The position numbers were made by a program, and so were the translations under genes. A stretch of DNA of 64,000 nt. Origin: an uncultured Chitinophagaceae bacterium (GTDB taxonomy: Bacteria; Bacteroidota; Ignavibacteria; UBA10030; UBA8401). Each line of letters begins with the position of its first letter. Position 1 is the stretch's first letter. The notes beneath the pieces are model-generated. The model worked only from the letters and a program-made list of their open reading frames with translations. It made no database searches and was not told the DNA's origin. Below are positions 22,285 to 31,048 of the stretch, piece after piece. The stretch covers positions 9,986 to 73,985 of the forward strand of contig CAYHFN010000011.1 of the NCBI GenBank assembly GCA_964355925.1, read 5' to 3'.

Positions 22285-22321
22285 TTGCCAAATACAAAAA
22301 TTTATTTTTAATAAGCCCGTC

Positions 22322-22345
22322 ATGCTGACGAATGTCAGCATCTAT
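22322..22345 (+). terminator. Putative terminator after transporter gene
   Basis: 8-bp perfect stem ATGCTGAC/GTCAGCAT with GAAT loop, followed by a weak T-tract. Confidence 0.5.
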
Positions 22346-22520
22346 TTCATATAAAAGATACCGAAATGACGTCGTACGGCATTCCGTACAGCGGAACAAG
22401 TTCGGCATGACGTTATATTTTTGATTTATGATATTCTCATAATTCTCTGTTTGTGCTAAACGTTTGGTTGTGTATATTGTCAACAAACGATCATCATCAA
22501 GAATTATTTAATTTGATACA

Positions 22521-23795
22521 ATGAATAAAAAGATAAAAATACCGTTAATGCTCCTTTGTCTCTTCACAACGACCGCATTTTCACAAAACGCATGGGAAGT
22601 GTATCAGCAGTCATTGAAGAAACTTTCAGAAAAAGATACAGCCGCATTTCTACAGCTTGCGCAACAGGCGCATACGCTTGCTCCTAAGCATCCGGCGATC
22701 ATGGTAAATCTTGCAAAAGCATTTGCAATGAACGGCAAAAAAATAAAAAGCATCGAATTACTTGATGATATTTCTGTCATTGGCGTTGATTATGATGTAG
22801 CGAACGACAGCGGTTTCTTGAATATCTGGAAGCATTCTCTTCTTAACGATATCACAGCTCGTGTAAAGAAGAGCAAAGAGATTATTTCAAGCGATGTGGC
22901 GTACACACTCAATGAAAAAGATCTTATTCCGGAAGGAATAACGTACGATCCGAGACAGCAGCGATTGTACCTCAGCAGTGTCTATAAACGGAAGATCGTC
23001 TTTATTAATTCAGACGGAACATCAGGAGATCTTTTTTCCGAAGCGCAAGATGGTTTATACAGCACGCTTGGAATGAAAGTTGATGCCGCCAGAAATCAAT
23101 TATGGGTGGTTGGCATTCTCAATTACACCAAAGCGCGCATTGGAAATAAGAACGAACCGACGAAAGCTGCAGTATTCCAATACAATATTGAAACAAAAAA
23201 ATTGATCCATCAATATTCATTAAATGATACCATTCAGCATTTTTTCAACGATCTTGTGATATCAGGCGGAAACGTATTTATTTCCGATACAAAACAATCT
23301 GCAGTGTATAAAATCGTTCCATCAAAACAAACAATAGGGTTATGGATTCAAAGCAATGATATATTCCGCCCAAATGGAATTGCTGTTTCACAGGATCAAC
23401 GATATCTTTTTGTTGCACATTGGAGCGGAATAACACGAATCACCATCGCTGATACCCAGCACATTCAACTGCCGACAAAATTAAACACTACGCTTTCCGG
23501 TATAGACGGTTTGTATTGCTATGGCAACGACTTGATTGCTATTCAAAACAATGTCGGTCCGCAGTCACGGGTGATGCGGTTTGAATTGAACAAAGAGATG
23601 AACAGTGTTGTTCGATCAACAATTTTGGAATCAGGAAATCCGTTGTTCAATGTTCCGACAACAGGCGTGATCATCAACGATGAATTTTATTTTATTGCAA
23701 ACAGTCAGCTGCGAAGTTTCAATGCCGAAGGGATGATCTTTACGGAAGACAAATTGCAGCCAATAATAATTCTTAAACTTCCATTGGACAATTGA
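22521..23795 (+). CDS. Secreted TPR-like + SMP-30/gluconolactonase/LRE-like (SGL) beta-propeller protein
   Basis: 424 aa. Signal peptide, then a helical TPR-like N-terminal region, then an SGL-type segment (LIPEGITYDPRQQRLYLSSVYKRKIVFINSDG). Confidence 0.65.
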   Translation: MNKKIKIPLMLLCLFTTTAFSQNAWEVYQQSLKKLSEKDTAAFLQLAQQAHTLAPKHPAIMVNLAKAFAMNGKKIKSIELLDDISVIGVDYDVANDSGFLNIWKHSLLNDITARVKKSKEIISSDVAYTLNEKDLIPEGITYDPRQQRLYLSSVYKRKIVFINSDGTSGDLFSEAQDGLYSTLGMKVDAARNQLWVVGILNYTKARIGNKNEPTKAAVFQYNIETKKLIHQYSLNDTIQHFFNDLVISGGNVFISDTKQSAVYKIVPSKQTIGLWIQSNDIFRPNGIAVSQDQRYLFVAHWSGITRITIADTQHIQLPTKLNTTLSGIDGLYCYGNDLIAIQNNVGPQSRVMRFELNKEMNSVVRSTILESGNPLFNVPTTGVIINDEFYFIANSQLRSFNAEGMIFTEDKLQPIIILKLPLDN

Positions 23796-23827
23796 TTTTT
23801 AAATCGAACGCTGTTACCGAAACAAAA

Positions 23828-23856
23828 AGACCCGCAAAATAAGCGGGTCTTTTTGT
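23828..23856. terminator. Bidirectional rho-independent terminator
   Basis: AGACCCGC-AAAATAA-GCGGGTCT followed by TTTTT. It sits between two convergent genes. Confidence 0.8.
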
Positions 23857-23876
23857 TTGTTGAATGCTACGATTTA

Positions 23877-26051
23877 TTATTGATTGTCCACAACGCTTTC
23901 AATAGTTGTCTGGATTGTGGGAGAAACTTTTCCAAGAAAATCATATCCCGTTGCCGCTTCGACCGCATCAACGCTTACACGGAACGTCTTCCAATCTGCT
24001 GTTCTGCTGATCAACGCATCGCTGTTCGGCATGTCGACGGCAATAACGCGGGTAGTTGTTGTTACCCGTCCGAGATCGTTTGTTCCCTCATCGATCACAA
24101 CAACAATTTTCCAGGTTCGTGTCGGAACAATAACATGTCCCGAGTTGATCGTTCCCTGTGAACCGTATCCGCCGGAATAGATGTAGAGTTCTTTTCCTGC
24201 GGTAACAAGGGTGCGCAGATAATTTTCCATGCTTGCCCACGGACCCTGATTGTTATTCGGTGCTTGCGGAATCATGTTTGTCATTAAGAACGTGGAAGAG
24301 TTATCTGGTACACTTGCGGTTCTATCTGCCGAAGGACACATATGTCCTCTGTCGTAACCGCTTCCGCTGTAACTTGTGGAACCGACTTGATACCATCCCG
24401 CAGGAATTGCTGCATCCGCTCTAAAATCATCCTGACGCGCCGTGCTGCCGATCCACGATGCATTCAGATGCCACGCGACCCAGTTTGCCGTTCCCTTATC
24501 GCGGTGATAGGAAAGAACATATTGCGCTTTTTCCATTAGATAATTTGTCACCAGATTAACATCGTTTGCGGCATTGCTTGGATTGCCAAGAATTGTATGA
24601 ACGCTTGTCGATGTTGTTGTATCTGTTCCTCCTCCACCTCCGCCATACGTTGAAAGATTTGCAGTTAGTGTATATGCGGTTGTTGTGCTTGAGCCTGAGG
24701 TTGAAAGCACTTCGATATAATATGTTTCGTTTGTCGTGGAATTATATGAGATATTTTCTGAAACACCGGCTGCATTTGCTGAACTTGCAACAGTTGTTCC
24801 GGTAGAGTTCAGCAGTACAAGATCATAATTAACACCGGCGGGCACCGTTAAACCAAGCGCGATTGTTTGTGTTGAATTCGCGGACAGCGAAAAGAAATCA
24901 ACATCGGTTGTTGTGCTGACTAAACCTGTTTGTGTTGCGGGAACAGCGGTGATTACATTTGCCGTTGTTGTTGTATTATTTGGCTCCACTTCTGTTACCG
25001 TTGGAGTTGTTGTGTAATCAGAGATATTGATCTCGTCAAAATTCAATCGTACCGATGTTGTGCCGGTCGTTTTTCTGATTTCAAATCGAATTGTTCCGGC
25101 AATGTTAACAGTAAATGTTGCCGTCGAAAGAGTTGTTGATGTTGTTGTGATTGTAGCACCGGTCTGTGTCCACGATGTGCCGCTGTTTGTAGAATACCAC
25201 AACTGCCAGGAACTATTTGCATCAGTTCCATATTTCGCATGTTGAATTGTTACCGTGCCGGCACCGGCCGTTCTGTCAAATTTCATTGTTAATTTACCAG
25301 TACTCTGAACGCGCGCGCTTTTGGTTGCAACCTTACGGTCGCTTGTAGATGTTCCTAGAAGAGCATTATTGAAATTCCAGATTCCGGAATTGAGCGTAAC
25401 ATCGGCAACGGTGTATGAAGTTTTTGTACCAGTTTCAAATGATTCCCACGCTGTGCTTCCGCCGCCACCGCCAACATAATCATTGATCACAAAATCATCG
25501 AAGTTTACCCGCGCAGTTGTACCGTCTGTTTTTCGAATTTCAAATCGTATTGTTCCCGTGATGTTGACGGTAAAAGAAGCGGACGATAATGTTGTTGAAG
25601 TGGTTGTAATCGTTGAACCAGTTTGGGTCCATGAGGTTCCGCTGTTGGTAGAATACCACAACTGCCATGTTGAGTTTGCATCGGTTCCATATTTTGCGTG
25701 ATTCACCGTAACAACTCCGGCACCGTCTGTTCGGTTAAATTTCATGGTAAGTTTACCGCTGGTACGTGTTCGGATACTTTTTGTTCCATTCTTCGGATCA
25801 CTGGCGGATGTTCCAACCAGCGCATCATCCAAACCCCACACACCAGATCCAAACGTTACGTCTGCAACCGCATATGCAGTTTTTGATCCCGCTTCAAAAT
25901 CTTCGGAGACGGTGATCTTTTTCAGTGAAACATTTTGATCTATAATAGATTCTTGCGGAGAAGGAGTAACCGGTGTTTCTTGACATGATGGAATGGTGAG
26001 AAGAATGAGAGCGGCAATTGTAACCGCCAAAACTCGGAGTGTAACTTTCAT
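23877..26051 (-). CDS. Large secreted multidomain DNA/RNA non-specific endonuclease (Endonuclease_NS, DRGH type)
   Basis: 724 aa. Signal peptide, then two tandem repeat modules of about 150 aa. These share long identical stretches, for example AKYGTDANS(T/S)WQLWYSTNSGTSWTQTG. A pre-peptidase-C-terminal-like domain follows (EVEPNNTTTTANVI...YYIEVLSTSG), then a Gly/Thr linker. The C-terminal Serratia-type nuclease domain carries GYDRGHMCPSADR ... MTNMIPQAPNNNQGPW. Confidence 0.85.
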   Translation of the reverse strand: MKVTLRVLAVTIAALILLTIPSCQETPVTPSPQESIIDQNVSLKKITVSEDFEAGSKTAYAVADVTFGSGVWGLDDALVGTSASDPKNGTKSIRTRTSGKLTMKFNRTDGAGVVTVNHAKYGTDANSTWQLWYSTNSGTSWTQTGSTITTTSTTLSSASFTVNITGTIRFEIRKTDGTTARVNFDDFVINDYVGGGGGSTAWESFETGTKTSYTVADVTLNSGIWNFNNALLGTSTSDRKVATKSARVQSTGKLTMKFDRTAGAGTVTIQHAKYGTDANSSWQLWYSTNSGTSWTQTGATITTTSTTLSTATFTVNIAGTIRFEIRKTTGTTSVRLNFDEINISDYTTTPTVTEVEPNNTTTTANVITAVPATQTGLVSTTTDVDFFSLSANSTQTIALGLTVPAGVNYDLVLLNSTGTTVASSANAAGVSENISYNSTTNETYYIEVLSTSGSSTTTAYTLTANLSTYGGGGGGTDTTTSTSVHTILGNPSNAANDVNLVTNYLMEKAQYVLSYHRDKGTANWVAWHLNASWIGSTARQDDFRADAAIPAGWYQVGSTSYSGSGYDRGHMCPSADRTASVPDNSSTFLMTNMIPQAPNNNQGPWASMENYLRTLVTAGKELYIYSGGYGSQGTINSGHVIVPTRTWKIVVVIDEGTNDLGRVTTTTRVIAVDMPNSDALISRTADWKTFRVSVDAVEAATGYDFLGKVSPTIQTTIESVVDNQ

Positions 26052-26173
26052 GCGGACCTCTAATTGGTTGATGAATTTGTTTAAATCACACGCCGTTAAT
26101 ATATGTATTTCAGTGTGCTTTGTAAAGCATTTGGCAGGTTATTTCTTTGTTACCGGGGTGTAAAGAAGAATGA

Positions 26174-26974
26174 TCAGTCAGAATCGATCGACCGCTCAAT
26201 GATCGATTGGATTGTTCTTGGCAGAGCGGAAAAGAAATCATATCCCGTAAGTGATTCTATCGAATCAACGCTCACACGAAAAGTTTTCCAATCATCGTGT
26301 TTGCCGATGAATGAATTATCATTCGGCATCACCACCGCAATTGTTCGTGTTGTAAAAGTGACGCGGTTAATGTCATCAACACCTGCATCGAGCACAAGAA
26401 TTGTTTTCCACGTTTGCATTGGGACGAGAACTCTTCCGCTGTCGAGAAACCCTTGTTCACCACTTCCGCCGCAGTAGATGTACAGCTCTTTTCCCTGCTT
26501 CACCAATTCCCTGCAGTATATTTCTAACGTAGCCCATGGACCTTGATTATTGTTCGGGGCTTGCGGAATCATATTGGTCATCAAAAAAGTGACAGAGTTA
26601 TCTCGTTGAGTATTAGTTCTGTCACCGGAAGGACACATATGTCCGCGATCGTATCCGCTTTTGCGATAACTCTTCTCGTTAACGTGATGCCAGTTTTCAG
26701 GAAGAGTGCTGTCTGCGCGGAAATTATTTGAACGCTTAATTTCTCCAAGCCATGTGCTGTCCACATGCCATGCAACCCAATTTGGAATACCATGAAAACG
26801 ATTGTAGGATTGAACGTACTGTGGTTTTACCATCAGATAGTTTCGAGACGAAGATATTGCCGCTATAGTATTGTTTGGATTTCCCAATGCAAGATGTTCT
26901 GCAAGGTAATCCGAATCCTTTTGCGAAAATACCGCTGCAGAAAAGAGAACCAATACGAAGAAATATTTTTTCAT
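26174..26974 (-). CDS. Secreted DNA/RNA non-specific endonuclease (Endonuclease_NS), short paralog
   Basis: 266 aa. Signal peptide plus a nuclease domain that is co-linear and highly similar to the C-terminus of the neighbouring large nuclease (GYDRGHMCPSGDR ... MTNMIPQAPNNNQGPW). The start overlaps the upstream gene's stop (TGATG). Confidence 0.88.
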   Translation of the reverse strand: MKKYFFVLVLFSAAVFSQKDSDYLAEHLALGNPNNTIAAISSSRNYLMVKPQYVQSYNRFHGIPNWVAWHVDSTWLGEIKRSNNFRADSTLPENWHHVNEKSYRKSGYDRGHMCPSGDRTNTQRDNSVTFLMTNMIPQAPNNNQGPWATLEIYCRELVKQGKELYIYCGGSGEQGFLDSGRVLVPMQTWKTILVLDAGVDDINRVTFTTRTIAVVMPNDNSFIGKHDDWKTFRVSVDSIESLTGYDFFSALPRTIQSIIERSIDSD

Positions 26975-27747
26975 CAGATCAAACCCAAGCCCAAACCTAC
27001 AGCAATGATAATCAACATTACCGCCACAGTTTTTTGCACAAATTCGAGTGTTATTTTTTTTAGTAATTTGCTTCCGACATACGCGCCGATGAATGCGGAG
27101 ATCACAGCAGCGGCAACATATTCCCAGTGCCGCATTGCGTTCGATGAAAGCAGTTGAGACGAATAGAGCGACAATCGCGTTAAATCAACAAGACAGGCAA
27201 CAACAATTCCGGTTGCAAGGAATTGTTCTTTCGGTAAACCATAGCGGATCAAAAAAATACTTCGCAGCGCTCCTTGATGCCCAGAAAATCCCCCGAAAAA
27301 TCCACTCAATAAACCTCCCGCAGGCAGAGATTTTTTTGTTGGTTTAATCGATTGCAGGGCAGGAAAAATCTCCACCAGTGCAAAAAAGATCATCAAAACT
27401 GCGATAATAAATTTGACAGGCTCAACAAAAAATTCTTTTCCCCATATATGATAAGAACCAATAGGCGTAAATGTCGTTAGGGATAACAATAGTTTTGCAC
27501 CAATAAACGCGCCGAAAATTGACGGTATTCCAAACCGGAGCACAATTTGCCATTGTGCATTTTTACCAAGCAATGCAAGCTTAAATAGATTATTCAACAA
27601 ATGCACAACACCCGTTAGGGCCACGGCAAACTCAATAGGAAAAAAGAGTATGAAGACCGGAGTAAGAATTGTACCAAGCCCAAACCCGGAAAAAAGCGTA
27701 ATGAGTGATGCGAAGGCAGACGCTAAAATTATGATGAGTAGCTCCAT
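26974..27747 (-). CDS. TSUP (TauE/SafE sulfite-exporter-like) family membrane protein
   Basis: 257 aa, about 8 transmembrane helices, with the conserved LLSGFFGGFSGHQGALRS signature of DUF81/TauE. Confidence 0.8.
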   Translation of the reverse strand: MELLIIILASAFASLITLFSGFGLGTILTPVFILFFPIEFAVALTGVVHLLNNLFKLALLGKNAQWQIVLRFGIPSIFGAFIGAKLLLSLTTFTPIGSYHIWGKEFFVEPVKFIIAVLMIFFALVEIFPALQSIKPTKKSLPAGGLLSGFFGGFSGHQGALRSIFLIRYGLPKEQFLATGIVVACLVDLTRLSLYSSQLLSSNAMRHWEYVAAAVISAFIGAYVGSKLLKKITLEFVQKTVAVMLIIIAVGLGLGLI

Positions 27748-27750
27748 AAT

Positions 27751-28329
27751 TTAAGCCGAATTTACATCAGAAATAGAGTCCATCGACTCAGCTTCGTACA
27801 CAAAACACCCGGCGTTTTTTGGATGATCTTCTACCAATGCGGACCAAGGTACACTCCGAATAAGGTAGACAATCAGAAAATCTCCCGCCGATGCGAATGT
27901 AAAAAGTATGCTTACGATAAAAATCCAACCATTGCCATTAATTAACGAAAGCAAAAAAGGAAAAAGACCAAGAATCAGCGCGGGCATAAGTGTTCCAAAA
28001 ACGTAAGCACTTTTTTGTATCGGAACGGTGCAATGTGCGTACGGTGTAAGTGTTTTGCGTTGAAATCCGAATTTCATTTTTGCAAACGGAAGTTGTCCGC
28101 CAAGCATCCATGACAACCCATGAATAAGTTCGTGCAGAACAATTCCAACTGCAAAGATCGGGAAGAAATACCATGGCAACAAAATATCACTCGCATTTTT
28201 GATCGTTGCAAATCCCCACACCGAAGCAAACAAAGCAAACTCTGCAATTGCAAACAAACCAAATGGCAGGGAGGCTGTTTGGGCTTTGAGCATTGGAATG
28301 GAGTAATCTTTTTTAATGGTTGAATCCAT
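27751..28329 (-). CDS. DUF3267-like membrane zincin (HExxH) protein
   Basis: Hydrophobic protein with a HELIHGL motif inside a transmembrane region. The track ORF extends to 28395. The ATG at 28329 overlaps the upstream gene's TAA by 1 nt, so it is the likely coupled start. Confidence 0.6.
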   Translation of the reverse strand: MDSTIKKDYSIPMLKAQTASLPFGLFAIAEFALFASVWGFATIKNASDILLPWYFFPIFAVGIVLHELIHGLSWMLGGQLPFAKMKFGFQRKTLTPYAHCTVPIQKSAYVFGTLMPALILGLFPFLLSLINGNGWIFIVSILFTFASAGDFLIVYLIRSVPWSALVEDHPKNAGCFVYEAESMDSISDVNSA

Positions 28330-29477
28330 TACACCTTCACAAACCATTTCTTTTTGTACATCACCAATACTACCAGATACATCACCGAAACCCATATGAT
28401 GGCATGCATTAACGATGCATTAAGTGGAGAAAAATACGGATCAAAAAGATTTTGAATTAGAATTGTTTTAATTGAAACATCGGCGTAGGTTCCATCACTC
28501 AATTGTACGTTCAATTTCCACAAGCCCATTGTCCGCGCAGCAACACCAGAAAGAACAAATACAAATATCGCATTCATTCCATACACTGTGAACGGATACG
28601 CCCACCGTTTTATTCCCTTGGCATCGATCAGAAAATAAAATATCCCGAAGATACACATTGCCCACCCCGCCATAAAGATTGTATACGAAACAGTCCAGAG
28701 ACTTTTGTTGATTGGCATCCACATATCAAGTGTTGCGCCGAGCAAAAGAAATCCAGCTCCAAATGTGAACAGCCATGCCGATTTTTCAATTTTAGTATGC
28801 TCAGAAGTTCGAAGATAATCTCCTACAAGTGCGCCAAACAGCGATGATGCGATAGCGGGAATTGTGCTGATAATTCCTTCCGGATCCCATGTTTTTGTTG
28901 CGCCCCACATATGTCCGGTTAAAAGTATTGAATCGATATAGGCGGCAAAATTCTTTCCTCGTTCAAATAATCCTGCGCCAAATTCCGGGATTGGAATATA
29001 GAACATCATCATAGTGTATGAAATAAATAAGACGCCGATCGCAATAATCTGTGTGCGCGTGCTGGTATATAAATACACAAATGATGCAATGAGATAACAG
29101 ATTGCAATTCGCTGCAACACTCCGGGAATTCTGATGATAGCAATATTAAAATGATGACCCCACAATAATCCGAACGGAAAGCCAGCGAGAAAAAGTCCAA
29201 GTCCGAAAATAATTGCCGAGCGGCGAAGAACGCCGAGCAGCAATTTTTTATTGCTGTCTCCTTTTGTTCTTCGTACGGCAAACGAAAATGTCATGGAGAC
29301 ACCAACGATCCAGAGAAAAAACGGGAAAATGAAATCGGTAAAGGTCCATCCGTTCCACGCGGCATGCTCTAACTGTGGATAAATATTCCCCCATGAACCA
29401 GGGTTGTTGACAAGAATCATTCCGGCGATCGTGAATCCGCGGAATGCATCGAGTGAGATAAGACGTTCTGGTTTCAT
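28329..29477 (-). CDS. Heparan-alpha-glucosaminide N-acetyltransferase-like (DUF1624/DUF5009) membrane acyltransferase
   Basis: 382 aa with 10-11 transmembrane helices. The N-terminal motif is ERLISLDAFRGFTIAGMILVNNPG...TFTDFIFPFFLWIVGVSMTFS. Confidence 0.7.
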   Translation of the reverse strand: MKPERLISLDAFRGFTIAGMILVNNPGSWGNIYPQLEHAAWNGWTFTDFIFPFFLWIVGVSMTFSFAVRRTKGDSNKKLLLGVLRRSAIIFGLGLFLAGFPFGLLWGHHFNIAIIRIPGVLQRIAICYLIASFVYLYTSTRTQIIAIGVLFISYTMMMFYIPIPEFGAGLFERGKNFAAYIDSILLTGHMWGATKTWDPEGIISTIPAIASSLFGALVGDYLRTSEHTKIEKSAWLFTFGAGFLLLGATLDMWMPINKSLWTVSYTIFMAGWAMCIFGIFYFLIDAKGIKRWAYPFTVYGMNAIFVFVLSGVAARTMGLWKLNVQLSDGTYADVSIKTILIQNLFDPYFSPLNASLMHAIIWVSVMYLVVLVMYKKKWFVKV

Positions 29478-29509
29478 ACTATTCCCTTTTTAACTATATA
29501 TCGTAAAAA

Positions 29510-30856
29510 TTATTGAACGATCAAGATCTTATACCCTTGCGGCGGCAGAGTAAACTTTGCAGCATTTTTGAATCCTATAACATTTCCCGTAAAAGCATCA
29601 ATAAATTTGAGAGGAATGGTTGACGGAAGAAATAATGCAACTCGTTCTTCCTGATTTGTTCCGTTCAACAGAACAACAACGGTGTTTTTTTCTGTTGAAC
29701 GAATGAAAGAATATATTTTTTCCGGATTATTGTTACTAACACGTTCAAAACCTCCAACAGAAAGTGCGTGATTATTTTTTCGGATGGAAAAGAGTTTTAT
29801 GTAAAACTCTCGCCACTCGCCACCAACCGTCCAATCGATTTCGAATTTTTCAAACAACCCTAATGTTTTTTTGCTTCCCACTTCTTGTCCGTTATACAAC
29901 AACGGAACGCCGGGAAATGTATTGACAATAACGGCGGCAAGTTTTGCTCCATCATCTCCTAGTCGTATAACATCTGGATTATCCCATGCATTTTCATCAT
30001 GATTAGAACTAAAACGCATCCGCAACGATTGTCGAGGATATTCGCGTGTTTCGCGTACAATAACAGAATCAAATTCTGAAAACGGTTTATTTCCATCGAT
30101 TACATCTTTTATCGTTCCATAAAAATTCCATGAATAGGTTAGATCGAACGCTGTTACATGGTGTTCCGGCCATTGTCCTTCGGAAAGCATGATGATCGGT
30201 TTGATCGAGTCGAGGGCGGCGCGGGCATCATTCCAAAAATCAGTCGGAACCATTTCTGCAACATCGCATCGGAATCCGTCGAGACCGATATCGCGAACCC
30301 AATATTTCAACATCTCGATCATATAACGGCGCATCTCTTTATTGTTATAGTTCAGATCAACTACGTCGGACCAATCGGCAACGGGCGGGATGAATTTCCC
30401 GGTTGAATCTTTTGTGAACCACTCAGGATGTTCATTGAACATTTTACTGTCCCACGAAGTATGGTTCGCAACAACATCGATGATGATTTTAAATCCCAGC
30501 TCATGAGACTTCTTTACCAATCGTTTGAAATCATTCAGATTTCCAAATTCAGGATTGATCCCATAATAATCTTTCACGGAATACGGTGAACCGAGACTTC
30601 CTTTTCGTTTTTCAATTCCTACAGGATGAATAGGCATTAACCACAATGTTGTGACACCAAGTTTTTTTAATTCGGGGAGTTTTTTTTCGATTCCAATAAA
30701 ATTTCCTTCCTTGGAAAAAGCGCGCGTATAAATCTCATAGATGATTCCTTTTTTTACCCACTCTTCTGATGGGCGCGCAGTTTTAAGAGCGTATGGGGCT
30801 GGCTGTTGTGCAAAAAGCGAAGCAGAAAGAAAAACGAAAACAAAATAATTTTTCAT
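29510..30856 (-). CDS. Secreted GH13 alpha-amylase-family glycoside hydrolase
   Basis: GH13 region II with the catalytic Asp (GFRCDVAEMVP), region I (DVVANHTS) and region IV (FSSNHDE). A signal peptide starts at MKNYFVFVFLSASLFAQQ (ATG at 30856). The track ORF starts at 30919. Confidence 0.85.
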   Translation of the reverse strand: MKNYFVFVFLSASLFAQQPAPYALKTARPSEEWVKKGIIYEIYTRAFSKEGNFIGIEKKLPELKKLGVTTLWLMPIHPVGIEKRKGSLGSPYSVKDYYGINPEFGNLNDFKRLVKKSHELGFKIIIDVVANHTSWDSKMFNEHPEWFTKDSTGKFIPPVADWSDVVDLNYNNKEMRRYMIEMLKYWVRDIGLDGFRCDVAEMVPTDFWNDARAALDSIKPIIMLSEGQWPEHHVTAFDLTYSWNFYGTIKDVIDGNKPFSEFDSVIVRETREYPRQSLRMRFSSNHDENAWDNPDVIRLGDDGAKLAAVIVNTFPGVPLLYNGQEVGSKKTLGLFEKFEIDWTVGGEWREFYIKLFSIRKNNHALSVGGFERVSNNNPEKIYSFIRSTEKNTVVVLLNGTNQEERVALFLPSTIPLKFIDAFTGNVIGFKNAAKFTLPPQGYKILIVQ

Positions 30857-31048
30857 ATAAGTCAATAGATTAGTGGTTGAATACGGATGAAAAGTAACGA
30901 AAGAAATTTCGCAATGCAACGAGAGACAAACGTAAATTATTGTTGGATGGTATTGGACAACTTTCTCTCTTCACACTCTAATGGAATAGTGGTATATTAA
31001 ACATATCTCAGATCTAGAGCGTCTAACAAAGAAACTATCTGGTAATTT

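Noticed and set aside
22142-22486. 114-aa minus-strand ORF spanning the 3' end of the transporter and the downstream intergenic region
   Set aside because: It overlaps a well-supported gene, its N-terminal half lies in hairpin-rich intergenic DNA, and no domain is recognisable.
25027-25701. Two similar 72-aa plus-strand ORFs (25027-25245 and 25483-25701), and other plus-strand ORFs inside 23877-26051
   Set aside because: They are antisense shadows of the 456-nt tandem repeat inside the large nuclease gene, not independent genes.
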